Shown here: positions 35,671 to 46,034 of the stretch, in pieces | How the letters are laid out: each line of letters opens with the position of its first letter | Numbering within the stretch: position 1 is the stretch's first letter | Source of the DNA: an uncultured Rickettsiales bacterium | GTDB lineage: Bacteria; Myxococcota_A; UBA796; UBA9615; CAYRNR01 | Assembly (NCBI GenBank): GCA_964504165.1 | Contig: CAZDDH010000006.1 | Location: 4,235 to 68,234 of the forward strand | Direction of reading: 5' to 3' | DNA length: 64,000 nucleotides | Notes under the pieces: model-generated | The model's input: the letters and a program-made list of their open reading frames with translations, nothing else | Told to the model about the DNA's origin: nothing | Databases searched by the model: none | Program-made: the position numbers and the translations under genes

Positions 35671-37377
35671 TCAGTCCTCCTCCATCCTCAACACGGGGAT
35701 ATCTTCCCAGGATGCCACGAGCCGCTCCAGGCGCAGCGCTTCGGCGTCGTCCGGCGTCTCGTCCTTGGGGAAGGCGATGCTGAAGGTGCTCCCCTGCCCC
35801 GGACGGCTCCTGAGGTTGATCACCCCCCCCTGACGTTCGACCAGACGCCGTGCCACAGCCAGGCCCATGCCCGTGCCGGTGTCGCGGGTGGTGGCAGTCC
35901 GTCCGCGGTCGAAAGGCTCGAACACCCGGGCCTGCTCCGTCCAGGAGATGCCGACGCCCGTGTCTTCGACCTCCACCTCGATCCGGTCCACACCGTCCAT
36001 GACGCGCACGGAGATGCGCCCCCCCGGCGGGGTGAACTGGATCGCGTTGGACATGATGTTGAGCAATGCCCTGGACGTCATCTGCCAGTTCCCGTTGACC
36101 ATCAGCGTGGCGGGGGGTGGGACGACCGTGAGCACGATCTGGTTCTTTTCGGCGGTGGAAGCGATGAGCAGAGCGGTCTCGGCGGCCATCTGACCGATGT
36201 CGTACGGGTCGATGTCGAAGGCCGGCCGATCCCCCTGGCGGACAAATTCGCGGACATCGTCCAGGGAACCCTGCAGGAGATGGCCGGTCTGCTGGATGAG
36301 TTCGAGGCTCGCGCGACGCTCATCGGTGAGTTCACCGTGCTTTTCGAGCAGCAAGAGCTCGGTGAACCCCAAGATGGCGTGTAGCGGCGTGCGCAGCTCG
36401 TGGCTCATCAAGCGCAGGAACTGCTGGCGTTGCAGCGCGGCCTCCTCCAGCTTCCTGAACCGTTCTTCCTCGTGCTTGACCTGGTCCACCATGACCTGGG
36501 AGCTGTGGAGGACGGCCACCCATCGGGCCAGCTCCTGGCTTCCCGTCGGCATGCGGCGGACGTCCAGCGACCAGCGCTTGCCCCGCTTCGGGCCGGTGGC
36601 GGTGTAGGCCTCCACGGCGTGGTAGTGGTTTTGCAGGTCCTTGGCATCCGGGATCGGTTCGTAGCCCTCCGGTGGGCGTATCAGCTCGGTGATATGCCTT
36701 CTCTCGATGGCGTTGCCCAGGCATTCCACTGCGTCATGGTTGTAGTCCAGCACCTTCAGATCGCGGTCGAGCAAAAGCACAGGTTCGTCGATGGCCTCGA
36801 GGGCGGTCCGTTCGATCTTCTGGCGTTTCCGCAGACGCCACTGCTCGTGCACCATGCTCTTGGCGTTTCTTCGTTCCCGCATGGCGATCAGCAGAGTCAA
36901 CGATCCCAGCACGATGAGCATCGGCAGCCCGATGGCGGCGGATGCCAGGGACGATGCGTCCGGCGAAAGCATCCACGCCGGCCGGGCCAGTACCGCCGGT
37001 GCGATGGCGACCAGCGGGATACCCGGGATGGCCAGCAGGCGCCAGCGCGTGGGATTGCGCGCGGCCTCGAACAGGCCCGCAGCGGCCACCGTCAAGTAGA
37101 TGGGCGTGGACAGGGGATCGGCAAAACGGCACAGCAGGATCAACAGCAGCGTGACCCACGGCAACCGCAGGTCGATGAAGCCCGTGCCAAATGTCGGCCG
37201 GGGTAGCCGGACCAGCAATTGCTCGAAACCCACCAGTACGACCAGCGTGATACACGCCGGGCCCAAACGGACGTTGGGGTGTTCGGCATAGACCAACAGG
37301 ACGGTGAAGCCGAACATGGCCGAGATCAGCTCGAGCCGCGTTATGGACCGTCTCAGGTTGGTACGAGGATCGCTCAC
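35671..37377 (-). CDS. Membrane sensor histidine kinase (second HK of the operon)
   Basis: H-box LMSHELRTPLHAILGF. HATPase N/G boxes (IMSNAIQFTPPGGRISV.., DTGVGIS.., GTGMGLAV). Multi-TM N-terminus. GTG start at 37377 is tentative (short RBS spacing); an internal ATG (MFGFTV..) is possible. Confidence 0.78.
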   Translation of the reverse strand: MSDPRTNLRRSITRLELISAMFGFTVLLVYAEHPNVRLGPACITLVVLVGFEQLLVRLPRPTFGTGFIDLRLPWVTLLLILLCRFADPLSTPIYLTVAAAGLFEAARNPTRWRLLAIPGIPLVAIAPAVLARPAWMLSPDASSLASAAIGLPMLIVLGSLTLLIAMRERRNAKSMVHEQWRLRKRQKIERTALEAIDEPVLLLDRDLKVLDYNHDAVECLGNAIERRHITELIRPPEGYEPIPDAKDLQNHYHAVEAYTATGPKRGKRWSLDVRRMPTGSQELARWVAVLHSSQVMVDQVKHEEERFRKLEEAALQRQQFLRLMSHELRTPLHAILGFTELLLLEKHGELTDERRASLELIQQTGHLLQGSLDDVREFVRQGDRPAFDIDPYDIGQMAAETALLIASTAEKNQIVLTVVPPPATLMVNGNWQMTSRALLNIMSNAIQFTPPGGRISVRVMDGVDRIEVEVEDTGVGISWTEQARVFEPFDRGRTATTRDTGTGMGLAVARRLVERQGGVINLRSRPGQGSTFSIAFPKDETPDDAEALRLERLVASWEDIPVLRMEED

Positions 37378-37465
37378 CGCTCCCTAAAATATCACTTCCT
37401 CAACTTCGGTGATGGCCGGGAGTATGTCCGTCGTAGGTTGAGCATCGTGCCCGCGCAGCGCATAG

Positions 37466-40400
37466 TTGTATGTTGTGAAGTCTGGCATCCTCCTCGCGTC
37501 TCGATTCCGCGTGATCCGCACCCTGGGTAAGGGCGGGATGAGCAAGGTGTTCGAAGCCATCGACACCCACTACGACCGGAGGGTTGCCCTCAAGGCCATT
37601 CGCCGGGCTGAGGGCCTGTCGTTACTCCGTTTCAAGGAGGAATTCCGTAGCCTGGCGGAGCTGCGCCACCCCAACCTGGTCGAACTCTACGACCTGGCCC
37701 GCGACGGCAAGCGGTGGTTCTTCAGCATGGAGCTGATCGAAGGCATCGACCTGATCACTCACATCGAAGCGGTGGGCGGTTCCGGGAGCATGTACGGGCT
37801 GAGCACCGACGACTCACAGCTCGAGGATGGTGATCTCAGCGAGCACTCGGCGACCCCCTGGCACGAAGTGCGGAGAATGTACGCCGAGATCGGGCGGGCG
37901 CTGGTCTACCTGCACGAACGGGGCACGATTCATAGGGATCTCAAGCCGTCCAACATCCTCGTGGACGCCATGGGACGACCCCGGATCCTGGATTTTGGAA
38001 TCGCCAAGTTCGTCGGCGTCGCCGAAGAGGTCCAGACGGCCCTCAGCCGGCGCAAGGTCGGAACACCGGGGTACGTGGCACCGGAACAGATCAAGGGCAA
38101 GGCGATCCCAGCGTCGGATATCTACTCGTTGGGGGTCATCCTGTATCGCATCTTGACGGGACGCCTGCCGTTCCGCGGCCGGAAGCGGGATGTCCTCGTC
38201 GCCCACCTCACGGAGATGCCACCGCCTCCGGGGGACGTCCCCGGCGTGGATAGCGAACTGGCTGAACTGGCCATGCGCATGCTCGACAAGGATCCGGCGC
38301 GTCGCCCCATCGCCGCAGAGCTCGAGCAGCTGGCGGCACTGGACGCGCCGCGCCAGTCCATCGACATGCCGTCCCTGGACGATACCGATGTTCAGACACC
38401 GTTCGTCGGCCGGGAGGGGCCGGTCCGCGAAGCCCTGGGGCACCTCCTGGAGATGACCATCGGCGGGCCGTTGATGGTGTGCATCGACGGCCCTTCGGGT
38501 ATCGGAAAGACCCGCCTGGCCGAGGAAGTCATTGATCTGGCGCGCCAGCGGGGAGTGCGGTGTTTCTACTCCCGGTGCTACGAGCGGGAGCAGATCCCCT
38601 ACAAGGCCTTCGACTCGACCGTCGATCAGCTGGTGGGAACCCTGGTCTCCTCGGAGGATCGGGAACTGCTGCTCAACGCCGTGGATCTGGACAAGCTGCG
38701 GATCCTGTCCCGCATGTTCCCCTACGCGGCCGAACTGATGCGTCAGCGCAAGGACGAGACCTCCCAAGAACGGCCTGTCCTGCGTGAGCCTGCGGTGCGC
38801 AGGCATCAGGCCTTCACCGCCTTGCAGCGGCTGCTCGATATCGTCGCTGGAGGATCGGGGCTGTTGCTGTTCATCGACGATCTCCAGTGGGCTGACGGTG
38901 GTAGCTTCGAGCTGCTGGACCATCTGCTGCGTCAACGGGGGCAGCGGCTGGGCATCATGGCCACGCTTCGTCCGGACGAGGGGGTCGTACCTGCCTGGAT
39001 CACCGAGAATAGGCCCAGCGCGAGCCGGCGGATCTACCACATCCCGCTGTCGTCGATGGAGGCGAACGAGACGGAGACTCTGGTCCACTCCATCTCCCCG
39101 GGAATGTCCCTGACGGACGAAACGGTGGAGAGTATCGTCGAGGAGGCCGAGGGCAACCCGCTGATCATCGAGGAGTTGGTCCGTTTCAACCGCGACAACG
39201 TCCTGGAGTCCGGGCGTTCGACGTCTCCCATCTCCTTCAACGAGATGGTGCGACGGCGCCATCGGTCGCTGGAGCCGGGGGCCCAGGATATCGTCGAGAT
39301 CTGCGCTGCCGCCGCTTACGCCCTGGAGCTGGGAGCCATCGCCGCGGCGGCCAAGCTGTCCATACAGGAGACGAGTTCGCTGGCGGTGATGTTGACCGAC
39401 CAACGGATCCTGCGGCGGGTGGCCGGCAAGGAAGGGCGCGTGCAGCTGGTGCCGTTCCATGATCGGGCGACGCGCATCGTTTTAGAAGAAGTCGAACCCG
39501 CTCGCCGTCGCCAGATTCATCGACGGCTGGCGGCGTCCCTCGAGCAGTCGAGCCCCGAGTCCTTCCACGCTCTGGCCGACCATTGGCGAATGGCCGGCGT
39601 GCCGGAGCGTGCCTCGACATACGCACTGCGTGCGGCCGAACATGCCGAGCAGGTGCAGCTGCTGGACCGGGCGATCCGGTATTACGCGATGGCCCTGGGG
39701 TTCCCGCCTGCAGGGGTCGAGGAGTGGCAGATCCGGATCCGGCTGGCCGAGGCCCTCGACCGGCGTGGGCGCTTCACGGAAGCGGGCCGGGCGTTCCGTG
39801 CTGCCGCCAGCCGCTCACCCATCGAGGTGCGTAGCTCGCTGATGTTGCGCGGCGCCCGGGCGATGCTCAAGAGTGGAGACGCCCCCCTGGCGGTCCGCAC
39901 CATGTCCAACGTGACCGAACTGATCTGGGCGGAGCCGCTCGTGCTCCCCTGGGGCCGGCTATTGTTGGGTACGGCCCACGAGGTTCTGGGATCCCGTCCC
40001 TGGATTCCTCCGGGGCTGGTCTTCCGCGGGAGTGGCGATGAGATCGGGGGAGAGATCTGCCTGGACGTCGCTCAGGTGCTTCGATTCCTGTTGCCGCAGC
40101 GCTCACTCCATCTGATGTTCCGGGGGCTGAGGCTGGCCCGTCATCGCGGCGATCCGGTGATGACCGCCCGTGCCCTGGTGGCACTGGCGGGATTCGTGGG
40201 GACCATCGGTTCGCCGTGGTTGCTGAGGAGGGCACAACGACTGCTGGGCAAGGCCGAGGCGCTGTTCGGTGCCGATCGCGCCAAGCGTGGCCTGGCGGAC
40301 CTGCACGGGGCCCGGGCGTTCTTGTGCTCCATGGACTGCCGCTGGGACGACATGCGGGCCTCGACGGCCCAGGCGCTCGAGGTCTTCCGCGACGAGGGGG

Positions 40401-41182
40401 TCGAGCGATCCTGGGAGGCCCAGATGGTCCAGGTCCAGGCCGTCCTCGGCGAGGTGGATGCCGGGGACCTGACGCAAGCCGATCTGCTGTGTGCCGAGTT
40501 GTTACCCGAGCGTAAGTCCTGGTCCGATCCCGATCTCCTGTTGTGGATACGTTGGGCTCGGATCCGTATCGAGATGGCATTTGGGCGCTGGGAGGTGGTC
40601 GAGAAGCTGTGCCGGGTGGGGCTCCGTTCCACGACGGAAACCCCCGCGGCGTCCCGGCCCTTGTGGTCACGTTTCCGTGGGGCGCTTGCCGTGGCACAGG
40701 CCGGGCAGGGCAACGACAGCGCTGCGGTCACCGGGTTGGAGCGGACGCAGCTGGCCCTCCGCCGTCAGTACGGGCTCGATCCGCTCTCCCTGTCCGAGTT
40801 CCGCAACTGCGCCGTCTTCGTGTACGCCTCTGCTGCTGGCCGGGAGGTGGGCTCTCAGCGCAAGCGCTACCTACGCCGCACCCGACGGATCGCCCGGCGG
40901 CTGAGCCGATCCACGCACCGGGTGTTCCATGCGCGCGGATTACGCTGGCTGGCCGAGGCGGACCTCATCGATGGTCGGGCGGAGCGTGCGGCCCGTACGG
41001 CTAGACGGGCCGTGGACGGCCTGCTGCGCGGCGGGCAGCGCCGGGAGGCGGCCCAGGCGCGGGTGGCCCCGGCCCGGGCCGCGGCCGAGGCTAAACACCC
41101 GGAGGCGGAGGAAACCCGCCGGGTGGCAGCGCGTCAGGTTGGCGAGATTCTCAAGGGGGCAGGGGGCTCGAAGGAGCCGTAG
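37466..41182 (+). CDS. Ser/Thr protein kinase fused to an AAA/STAND NTPase and a C-terminal TPR-like helical domain (1238 aa)
   Basis: Hanks kinase motifs (LGKGGMSKVFEA, VALK, HRDLKPSNILV, DFGIAK, GTPGYVAPE), then P-loop GPSGIGKTRLAEE and a long helical repeat region. Confidence 0.85.
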   Translation: MYVVKSGILLASRFRVIRTLGKGGMSKVFEAIDTHYDRRVALKAIRRAEGLSLLRFKEEFRSLAELRHPNLVELYDLARDGKRWFFSMELIEGIDLITHIEAVGGSGSMYGLSTDDSQLEDGDLSEHSATPWHEVRRMYAEIGRALVYLHERGTIHRDLKPSNILVDAMGRPRILDFGIAKFVGVAEEVQTALSRRKVGTPGYVAPEQIKGKAIPASDIYSLGVILYRILTGRLPFRGRKRDVLVAHLTEMPPPPGDVPGVDSELAELAMRMLDKDPARRPIAAELEQLAALDAPRQSIDMPSLDDTDVQTPFVGREGPVREALGHLLEMTIGGPLMVCIDGPSGIGKTRLAEEVIDLARQRGVRCFYSRCYEREQIPYKAFDSTVDQLVGTLVSSEDRELLLNAVDLDKLRILSRMFPYAAELMRQRKDETSQERPVLREPAVRRHQAFTALQRLLDIVAGGSGLLLFIDDLQWADGGSFELLDHLLRQRGQRLGIMATLRPDEGVVPAWITENRPSASRRIYHIPLSSMEANETETLVHSISPGMSLTDETVESIVEEAEGNPLIIEELVRFNRDNVLESGRSTSPISFNEMVRRRHRSLEPGAQDIVEICAAAAYALELGAIAAAAKLSIQETSSLAVMLTDQRILRRVAGKEGRVQLVPFHDRATRIVLEEVEPARRRQIHRRLAASLEQSSPESFHALADHWRMAGVPERASTYALRAAEHAEQVQLLDRAIRYYAMALGFPPAGVEEWQIRIRLAEALDRRGRFTEAGRAFRAAASRSPIEVRSSLMLRGARAMLKSGDAPLAVRTMSNVTELIWAEPLVLPWGRLLLGTAHEVLGSRPWIPPGLVFRGSGDEIGGEICLDVAQVLRFLLPQRSLHLMFRGLRLARHRGDPVMTARALVALAGFVGTIGSPWLLRRAQRLLGKAEALFGADRAKRGLADLHGARAFLCSMDCRWDDMRASTAQALEVFRDEGVERSWEAQMVQVQAVLGEVDAGDLTQADLLCAELLPERKSWSDPDLLLWIRWARIRIEMAFGRWEVVEKLCRVGLRSTTETPAASRPLWSRFRGALAVAQAGQGNDSAAVTGLERTQLALRRQYGLDPLSLSEFRNCAVFVYASAAGREVGSQRKRYLRRTRRIARRLSRSTHRVFHARGLRWLAEADLIDGRAERAARTARRAVDGLLRGGQRREAAQARVAPARAAAEAKHPEAEETRRVAARQVGEILKGAGGSKEP

Positions 41183-41189
41183 CTTCGGA

Positions 41190-42389
41190 TCAGACGATGC
41201 CGAGTTCCTTGCCGCACTTGGTGAAGGCGGCGATGGCGCGGTCGATTTGATCGATGTCGTGCCCAGCCGAGATCTGCACGCGGATGCGAGCCTGGCCACG
41301 GGGCACCACCGGGAAGAAGAAGCCGATGACGTAGATGCCCTCTTCCAGCACGGCGTTGGCGAACTTCTGCGACAGGGCGGCGTCGTTTTCGAACTTGCCC
41401 AGCATGATCGGGCAGATGGGATGCACGCCGGGGCGGATGTCGAATCCCGCGTTGTTCATCTCCTTGCGGAAATGCATGGTGTTGGTCTCGAGCTTGTCGC
41501 GCAGCTCGGTGGTCTCGGAGAGCATGTTCAGCACGGCCAGCGTACCGGCGGCCACCACCGGGGAGAGGGTGTTGCTGAACAGGTAGGGGCGGCCCCGTTG
41601 ACGCATCAGGTCGACGATTTCCTTGCGGGCAGAGATGCAGCCGCCGGACGAGCCACCCAGCGCCTTGCCGAAGGTGGTGGTGATGATGTCGATGCGGTCC
41701 ATCACGCCACAGTGCTCGTGGGTGCCGCGGCCGTTCTTGCCCATGAAGCCGGTGGAGTGGGAGTCGTCCACCATCACCAAGGCGTCGTACTTGTCGGCCA
41801 GATCGCAGATCTGCTCGAGGTGGGCGATGTCGCCGTCCATGGAGAATACGCCATCCGTGGCGATCATCCGGTAGCGCTGGCCCTGGGCCTCCTTGAGGCA
41901 CTCTTCCATGTGGTTCATATCGTCGTGCTTGATGATGTAGCGCTTGGCCTTGCACAGGCGGATGCCGTCGATGACCGAGGCGTGATTGAGGCCGTCGGTG
42001 AGGATGGCGTCCTCCTTGCCCAGCAGCGGCTCGAAGACCGATGCATTCGCGTCGAAGCAGGACGAGAAAAGGATGGTGTCTTCCATGCCCAGGAACTCGG
42101 AGACCTTGGTCTCGAGCTGCTTGTGGATGTCCTGGGTACCACAGATGAAGCGCACTGAGGACAGCCCGTAGCCCCACTCGTCCAGCGCCTGACGCGCCGC
42201 TTCGAGGACCTTGGGGTGGCTGGAAAGGCCCAGGTAGTTGTTGGCACAGAAGTTCAATACTTCCTGGCCCGTGCTGATGCGGATCCCGGCGCCCTGCGGG
42301 CCCATGATGATCCGTTCGTGCTTGTAGAGCCCGCTCTCGTCAATATTCTGGAGCTCTTGCTGCAGATCTTCCTTCATCTTGCCGTACAT
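41190..42389 (-). CDS. kbl: 2-amino-3-ketobutyrate CoA ligase (glycine C-acetyltransferase)
   Basis: Near-collinear with E. coli Kbl (…ERIITSAQ / [11 protein letters not shown] / VRFICGTQD / CKAKRY / [10 protein letters not shown] / DSHA.GF / PLP-lysine TFGKALGG). ATG at 42389 with a GGAGG RBS 8 nt upstream. Confidence 0.93.
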   Translation of the reverse strand: MYGKMKEDLQQELQNIDESGLYKHERIIMGPQGAGIRISTGQEVLNFCANNYLGLSSHPKVLEAARQALDEWGYGLSSVRFICGTQDIHKQLETKVSEFLGMEDTILFSSCFDANASVFEPLLGKEDAILTDGLNHASVIDGIRLCKAKRYIIKHDDMNHMEECLKEAQGQRYRMIATDGVFSMDGDIAHLEQICDLADKYDALVMVDDSHSTGFMGKNGRGTHEHCGVMDRIDIITTTFGKALGGSSGGCISARKEIVDLMRQRGRPYLFSNTLSPVVAAGTLAVLNMLSETTELRDKLETNTMHFRKEMNNAGFDIRPGVHPICPIMLGKFENDAALSQKFANAVLEEGIYVIGFFFPVVPRGQARIRVQISAGHDIDQIDRAIAAFTKCGKELGIV

Positions 42390-42452
42390 GATTGGTTCCT
42401 CCGAGCTGGGGAAATGGTGTCGAAGCCGTTTGTTTGCCGCATTTTCCCTTCC

Positions 42453-42471
42453 CCGACCCCCTAGGGGTCGG
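42453..42471. repeat. 8-bp perfect inverted repeat CCGACCCC-cta-GGGGTCGG in the kbl 5' region
   Basis: Read directly from the sequence. About 65-80 nt upstream of the kbl start, on the kbl coding strand. Confidence 0.5.
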
Positions 42472-42666
42472 AGAAGACCGCGGGGATTGTACTGAACCCT
42501 TCGGCTCGTTGCGAGTACAGAAGCTGATCCGGACTGCGATGGACCCCAACAAACGCAGATGTTATGTTCCGTTGACTGAAATTTGACGACTCGGGGGGGA
42601 TCGTCGTATGGGAACTTGCTTCGGGCGAGCAAAAAGCTTGGCCCGAACGCGATGGAGGAGGTTCAA

Positions 42667-43377
42667 ATGCTGCGACGTAACGGACTGGTTTTGATGGCCC
42701 TGACCATTGGTATGAGCTTGCTGCTGGCAGGCCCGGCCTTCGCGAAGAAGGCAAAGGACTCGGGTAGCGACAGCGGCTCGTCCGAATTCGACCCGGAGAA
42801 CATCGACGAGTGCAAGATCCAGTCGGTCAACGCACTCAGCGCCAAGACCGAAGGTCTGGCCACGGAGTGGGGCGGACTCAAGGGCAAGGTCGACGCCATC
42901 CCCACCAAGATCGGCGAGGCGGCCGGCAAAGAGGTAGCGACTGTCGACGCCGCCCTCGAGGAAATCATCGCCCTGGAGCTGCCGCTCAAGGTGGATGTGG
43001 CCGCCCTGTCGGTGAGCTTCGACAAGGAAGGGATGGACGAGAAGAAGGCTGCCGTGTGCACCGCCATCGAAGAGGTGGCCAACGAGATCAAGTCCGTGCC
43101 GGACGACGCCACGGTCGTCAGTGACAAGGCCGTCGCGCTGGGCACGGAGATCTCCGCGTTCATCCCCGGCGTCGCTGGCGAGTTCAAGGGCAACCCCCTT
43201 CAGGCCGCCGCCGAGGTCCCCAAGGCGACCCAGATCCTCAAGGGCCAGGTGGACTACCTGACCGCCCTCCCCGATGAGATCAAGGTCACGGCCGAGATGG
43301 TTCCGGCGTTCTTCGAGGGGCTGGCCAAGGCCGCCACCGATACCGCAGACACCGTCGAAGAAGCTGCCGCCGAGTAG
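42667..43377 (+). CDS. Secreted Ala/Glu/Lys-rich α-helical hypothetical protein (236 aa)
   Basis: GGAGGAGG RBS. Signal peptide LVLMALTIGMSLLLAGPAFA. Amphipathic helical repeats. Confidence 0.65.
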   Translation: MLRRNGLVLMALTIGMSLLLAGPAFAKKAKDSGSDSGSSEFDPENIDECKIQSVNALSAKTEGLATEWGGLKGKVDAIPTKIGEAAGKEVATVDAALEEIIALELPLKVDVAALSVSFDKEGMDEKKAAVCTAIEEVANEIKSVPDDATVVSDKAVALGTEISAFIPGVAGEFKGNPLQAAAEVPKATQILKGQVDYLTALPDEIKVTAEMVPAFFEGLAKAATDTADTVEEAAAE

Positions 43378-43449
43378 CGCTCAGCGCTCCCTGTTCCCCA
43401 CCCGCCCGTATTCCGCTCGACTCCCCGAACAAGCCGTTGCCGAAGGGCA

Positions 43450-44769
43450 TCAGTTCGCGCAGGCTTCCTCGATCTCCACGACACTGCGCGGCACACCGGC
43501 GGTGAGATTGCGTGAGCCTTCGTCCGTGACCAGGATGTCATCTTCGATGCGGACCCCTATCCCCCTCATCTCGGCGGGGGCCCGAGTGTCGGACGCGGGC
43601 ACGTACAACCCGGGCTCGACGGTGAAGACCATGCCCGCCTCCAGCGCTCGCGGTTTGCCGTCCAGGTAATAGGCCCCCACATCGTGGACGTCGAGGCCCA
43701 GCCAGTGGCTGGTCTGATGGGGGTAGTACCGGCGGAACAGCTTGTCCTCCAGCACTCGATCGGCCGGCCCCTCCACGAGCCCCAGATCCACCATCGACGT
43801 GGATAGCTTCCTGAGTGCCAGTTCGTGTAGGCCGTCGAGCGTCTGACCCGGGCGGACCGCCTCGATGACCGCCAACTGGGCATGTAGGACCGCCTCGTAC
43901 AGATCCCGTTGAGGGGCGCTGAATTTCCCACGCACCGGGAACGTATGGGAGATGTCCGCGCCATAGCCGTCCACCTCGGCTCCCGCGTCGATGAGCACCA
44001 GATCGTCCTCTCCACAAGCTCTTGCGTTGGCATCGTAGTGGAGCACGCAGGCGTTGGCTCCGGATGCCACGATGGTCGGATAGGCCCAGCCCCATCCACC
44101 GCGCTTGCGGAACGCCGCCTCCAAGATGGCCTGGATTTCCCATTCGCCGGTGTCGGCGCGGGTGGTGGCCATCACCTGGCGCAGGCCTTCGTTGGTGATG
44201 CGATTGGCCCGGGCGATGGCCTCGACCTCCTCCGGATCCTTGAGCATTCGCAACTCGTGTAGCGTCAGGGATGGATCCATCACCGAGTGGGGCCCCTTGT
44301 CCGGTCCCCTGGGGCCTCCCCGGACGGCCTGGAGGGCCCGGCCGACGGCCCGCGACTCGTCGGTTTCGTGAGCGTTGCGGTAGATCAACACCTGGGCGGG
44401 TCGCAGGAGGGACGTCAGCTCTTGGGTCAGGTCCTGGATGTCGTGGGCTGCGTCCACTCCGAGCTGGTCTGGCGCGTCCTCGACTCCGATGCGCGGCCCG
44501 GTCCACAGCTCCTGATCTGGGTTGCGGTCCTGGAGGAACAGGACAGACGCCGGCGCATCGAGGCCGCGGGTCACCAGCAGGGCGCACCGTGGCTCGGCAA
44601 AACCGGTGAGGTACCACAGGTCGCTGTCCGGCCGGTACGGATAGACGACGTCCCCGTTTCGGGGCGAAGGAGGAAGGGAGAGGAACAGCGCAGCGCTCCT
44701 GTCGGGCATACGTTCGATGAGCCTCGAACGTCTGTTGGCGTGCGTTTCGTTGGCTTGGGGCAGAACCAT
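43450..44769 (-). CDS. pepP: Xaa-Pro aminopeptidase (M24B, PepP)
   Basis: N-terminal AMP_N domain (YPYRPDSDLWYLTGF) and M24 'pita-bread' catalytic residues (DAGAEVDGYGADISHTFPV, HGLGLDVHD, EPGLYV). Confidence 0.88.
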   Translation of the reverse strand: MVLPQANETHANRRSRLIERMPDRSAALFLSLPPSPRNGDVVYPYRPDSDLWYLTGFAEPRCALLVTRGLDAPASVLFLQDRNPDQELWTGPRIGVEDAPDQLGVDAAHDIQDLTQELTSLLRPAQVLIYRNAHETDESRAVGRALQAVRGGPRGPDKGPHSVMDPSLTLHELRMLKDPEEVEAIARANRITNEGLRQVMATTRADTGEWEIQAILEAAFRKRGGWGWAYPTIVASGANACVLHYDANARACGEDDLVLIDAGAEVDGYGADISHTFPVRGKFSAPQRDLYEAVLHAQLAVIEAVRPGQTLDGLHELALRKLSTSMVDLGLVEGPADRVLEDKLFRRYYPHQTSHWLGLDVHDVGAYYLDGKPRALEAGMVFTVEPGLYVPASDTRAPAEMRGIGVRIEDDILVTDEGSRNLTAGVPRSVVEIEEACAN

Positions 44770-44854
44770 GACACCTCACTAGAACCTGTAGGGGAATATC
44801 TCAAGGATGCCCTACCATGATATACATCGCCTCCTTCGAGGTCCGGGAGAAATC

Positions 44855-45853
44855 ATGACCCATCTGACACAAACCATCGAACGGCTCGCGGCCGAAGTGA
44901 AGGGCGCTCGGCGAGTCCTGCTGGCCGGGCCCACGGATGCGGATGGCGACTCCGTCGGCGCCTCCCTGGCTCTGGCCGAGGTGATGAGGCGGTGCAACCC
45001 CTCACTGGTGGCGGTCGTCGCCTCCGGCGCGCCAATCCCCCGGCGCTATCATTTCCTGGAAGGCTGTGATTCGGTGGTGGGGCCAGATGAACTCGAGGGC
45101 CCCTTCGATATGGCCATCGTACTGGACGGGGTCAGGCATCGGATCGGGGATGTGGGGCCGGCGTTCGACGCCGCGCCCTGCCACGTGCTGGTGGACCACC
45201 ATCGCTCTAGCGACCCGGGGGACTACCACCTGCCCATCTGGGACGCTGCCCGCTCGAGCACCTGCGAGATCGTTCACGAGATCGCCGGTCATCCGAGCTT
45301 TGCCGTGCCCCTGGACCGGATCCTCGCCGAGCACCTGTACGCGGGTATCGTGTTCGACACGGGCGCCTTCCGTTACTCCAACACCTCTCCGGAGACATTG
45401 CGGGCCGCCGCAGCGATGCTGGAGCAGGGTATCGATGCACAGCGCATCATCGAGCGTCTGTTCCTGGACACCCGCGCCGAAGATATGGTCCTGCGGGGGC
45501 GGGTGATGGCCGATGTACAGCTGGATACGAGCGGCAAGGTGGCCCACGGCTGCGTGACCCTGGAACGGATGCGTGAGACGAGGGCCACCGGCGAAGCCAC
45601 GGAGGGACTGGTCAGTACGCTGGTCTTCATCGAGGGCGTACAAGCCGCTGCGCTGTTCATCGAGCTGCCCGCGGGAGGGATACGGGTCTCCCTGCGATCT
45701 CGTGGTCAGGTCGATGTCGCCGGGATTGCTCGCCGGCTGAGCTCCCGGGGTGGAGGACACGACCGGGCCGCTGGGCTGACCCTGGATGGGCCACTCGACG
45801 GGGCCGTCCAGCGTGTAATCGAGCAGCTGAGGGCGGGCCTGGGGGTCGGCTGA
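44855..45853 (+). CDS. DHH-family phosphoesterase (NrnA-like oligoribonuclease/pAp phosphatase)
   Basis: DHH motifs (DADGDSVGAS, VLVDHH) and a DHHA1-like C-terminus with GGGH. ATG at 44855; the ORF is open in-frame from 44807. Confidence 0.78.
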   Translation: MTHLTQTIERLAAEVKGARRVLLAGPTDADGDSVGASLALAEVMRRCNPSLVAVVASGAPIPRRYHFLEGCDSVVGPDELEGPFDMAIVLDGVRHRIGDVGPAFDAAPCHVLVDHHRSSDPGDYHLPIWDAARSSTCEIVHEIAGHPSFAVPLDRILAEHLYAGIVFDTGAFRYSNTSPETLRAAAAMLEQGIDAQRIIERLFLDTRAEDMVLRGRVMADVQLDTSGKVAHGCVTLERMRETRATGEATEGLVSTLVFIEGVQAAALFIELPAGGIRVSLRSRGQVDVAGIARRLSSRGGGHDRAAGLTLDGPLDGAVQRVIEQLRAGLGVG

Positions 45854-46034
45854 ACGCTCCACCCGATCCCAAGATCGATCCGATTTTCTGTCCGGTACAG
45901 TGGTTGGACCATCGAATCTCTTGACAAGTAGACCTTGCGTGTCTAGGATTCTTCTGTTGCTGGGTGAATGACCATTCAGCGCACCGGCCACCCGCTGTTG
46001 GGTAGCCAGGGGCCAGGCCCCGAGGAGAGGGATC

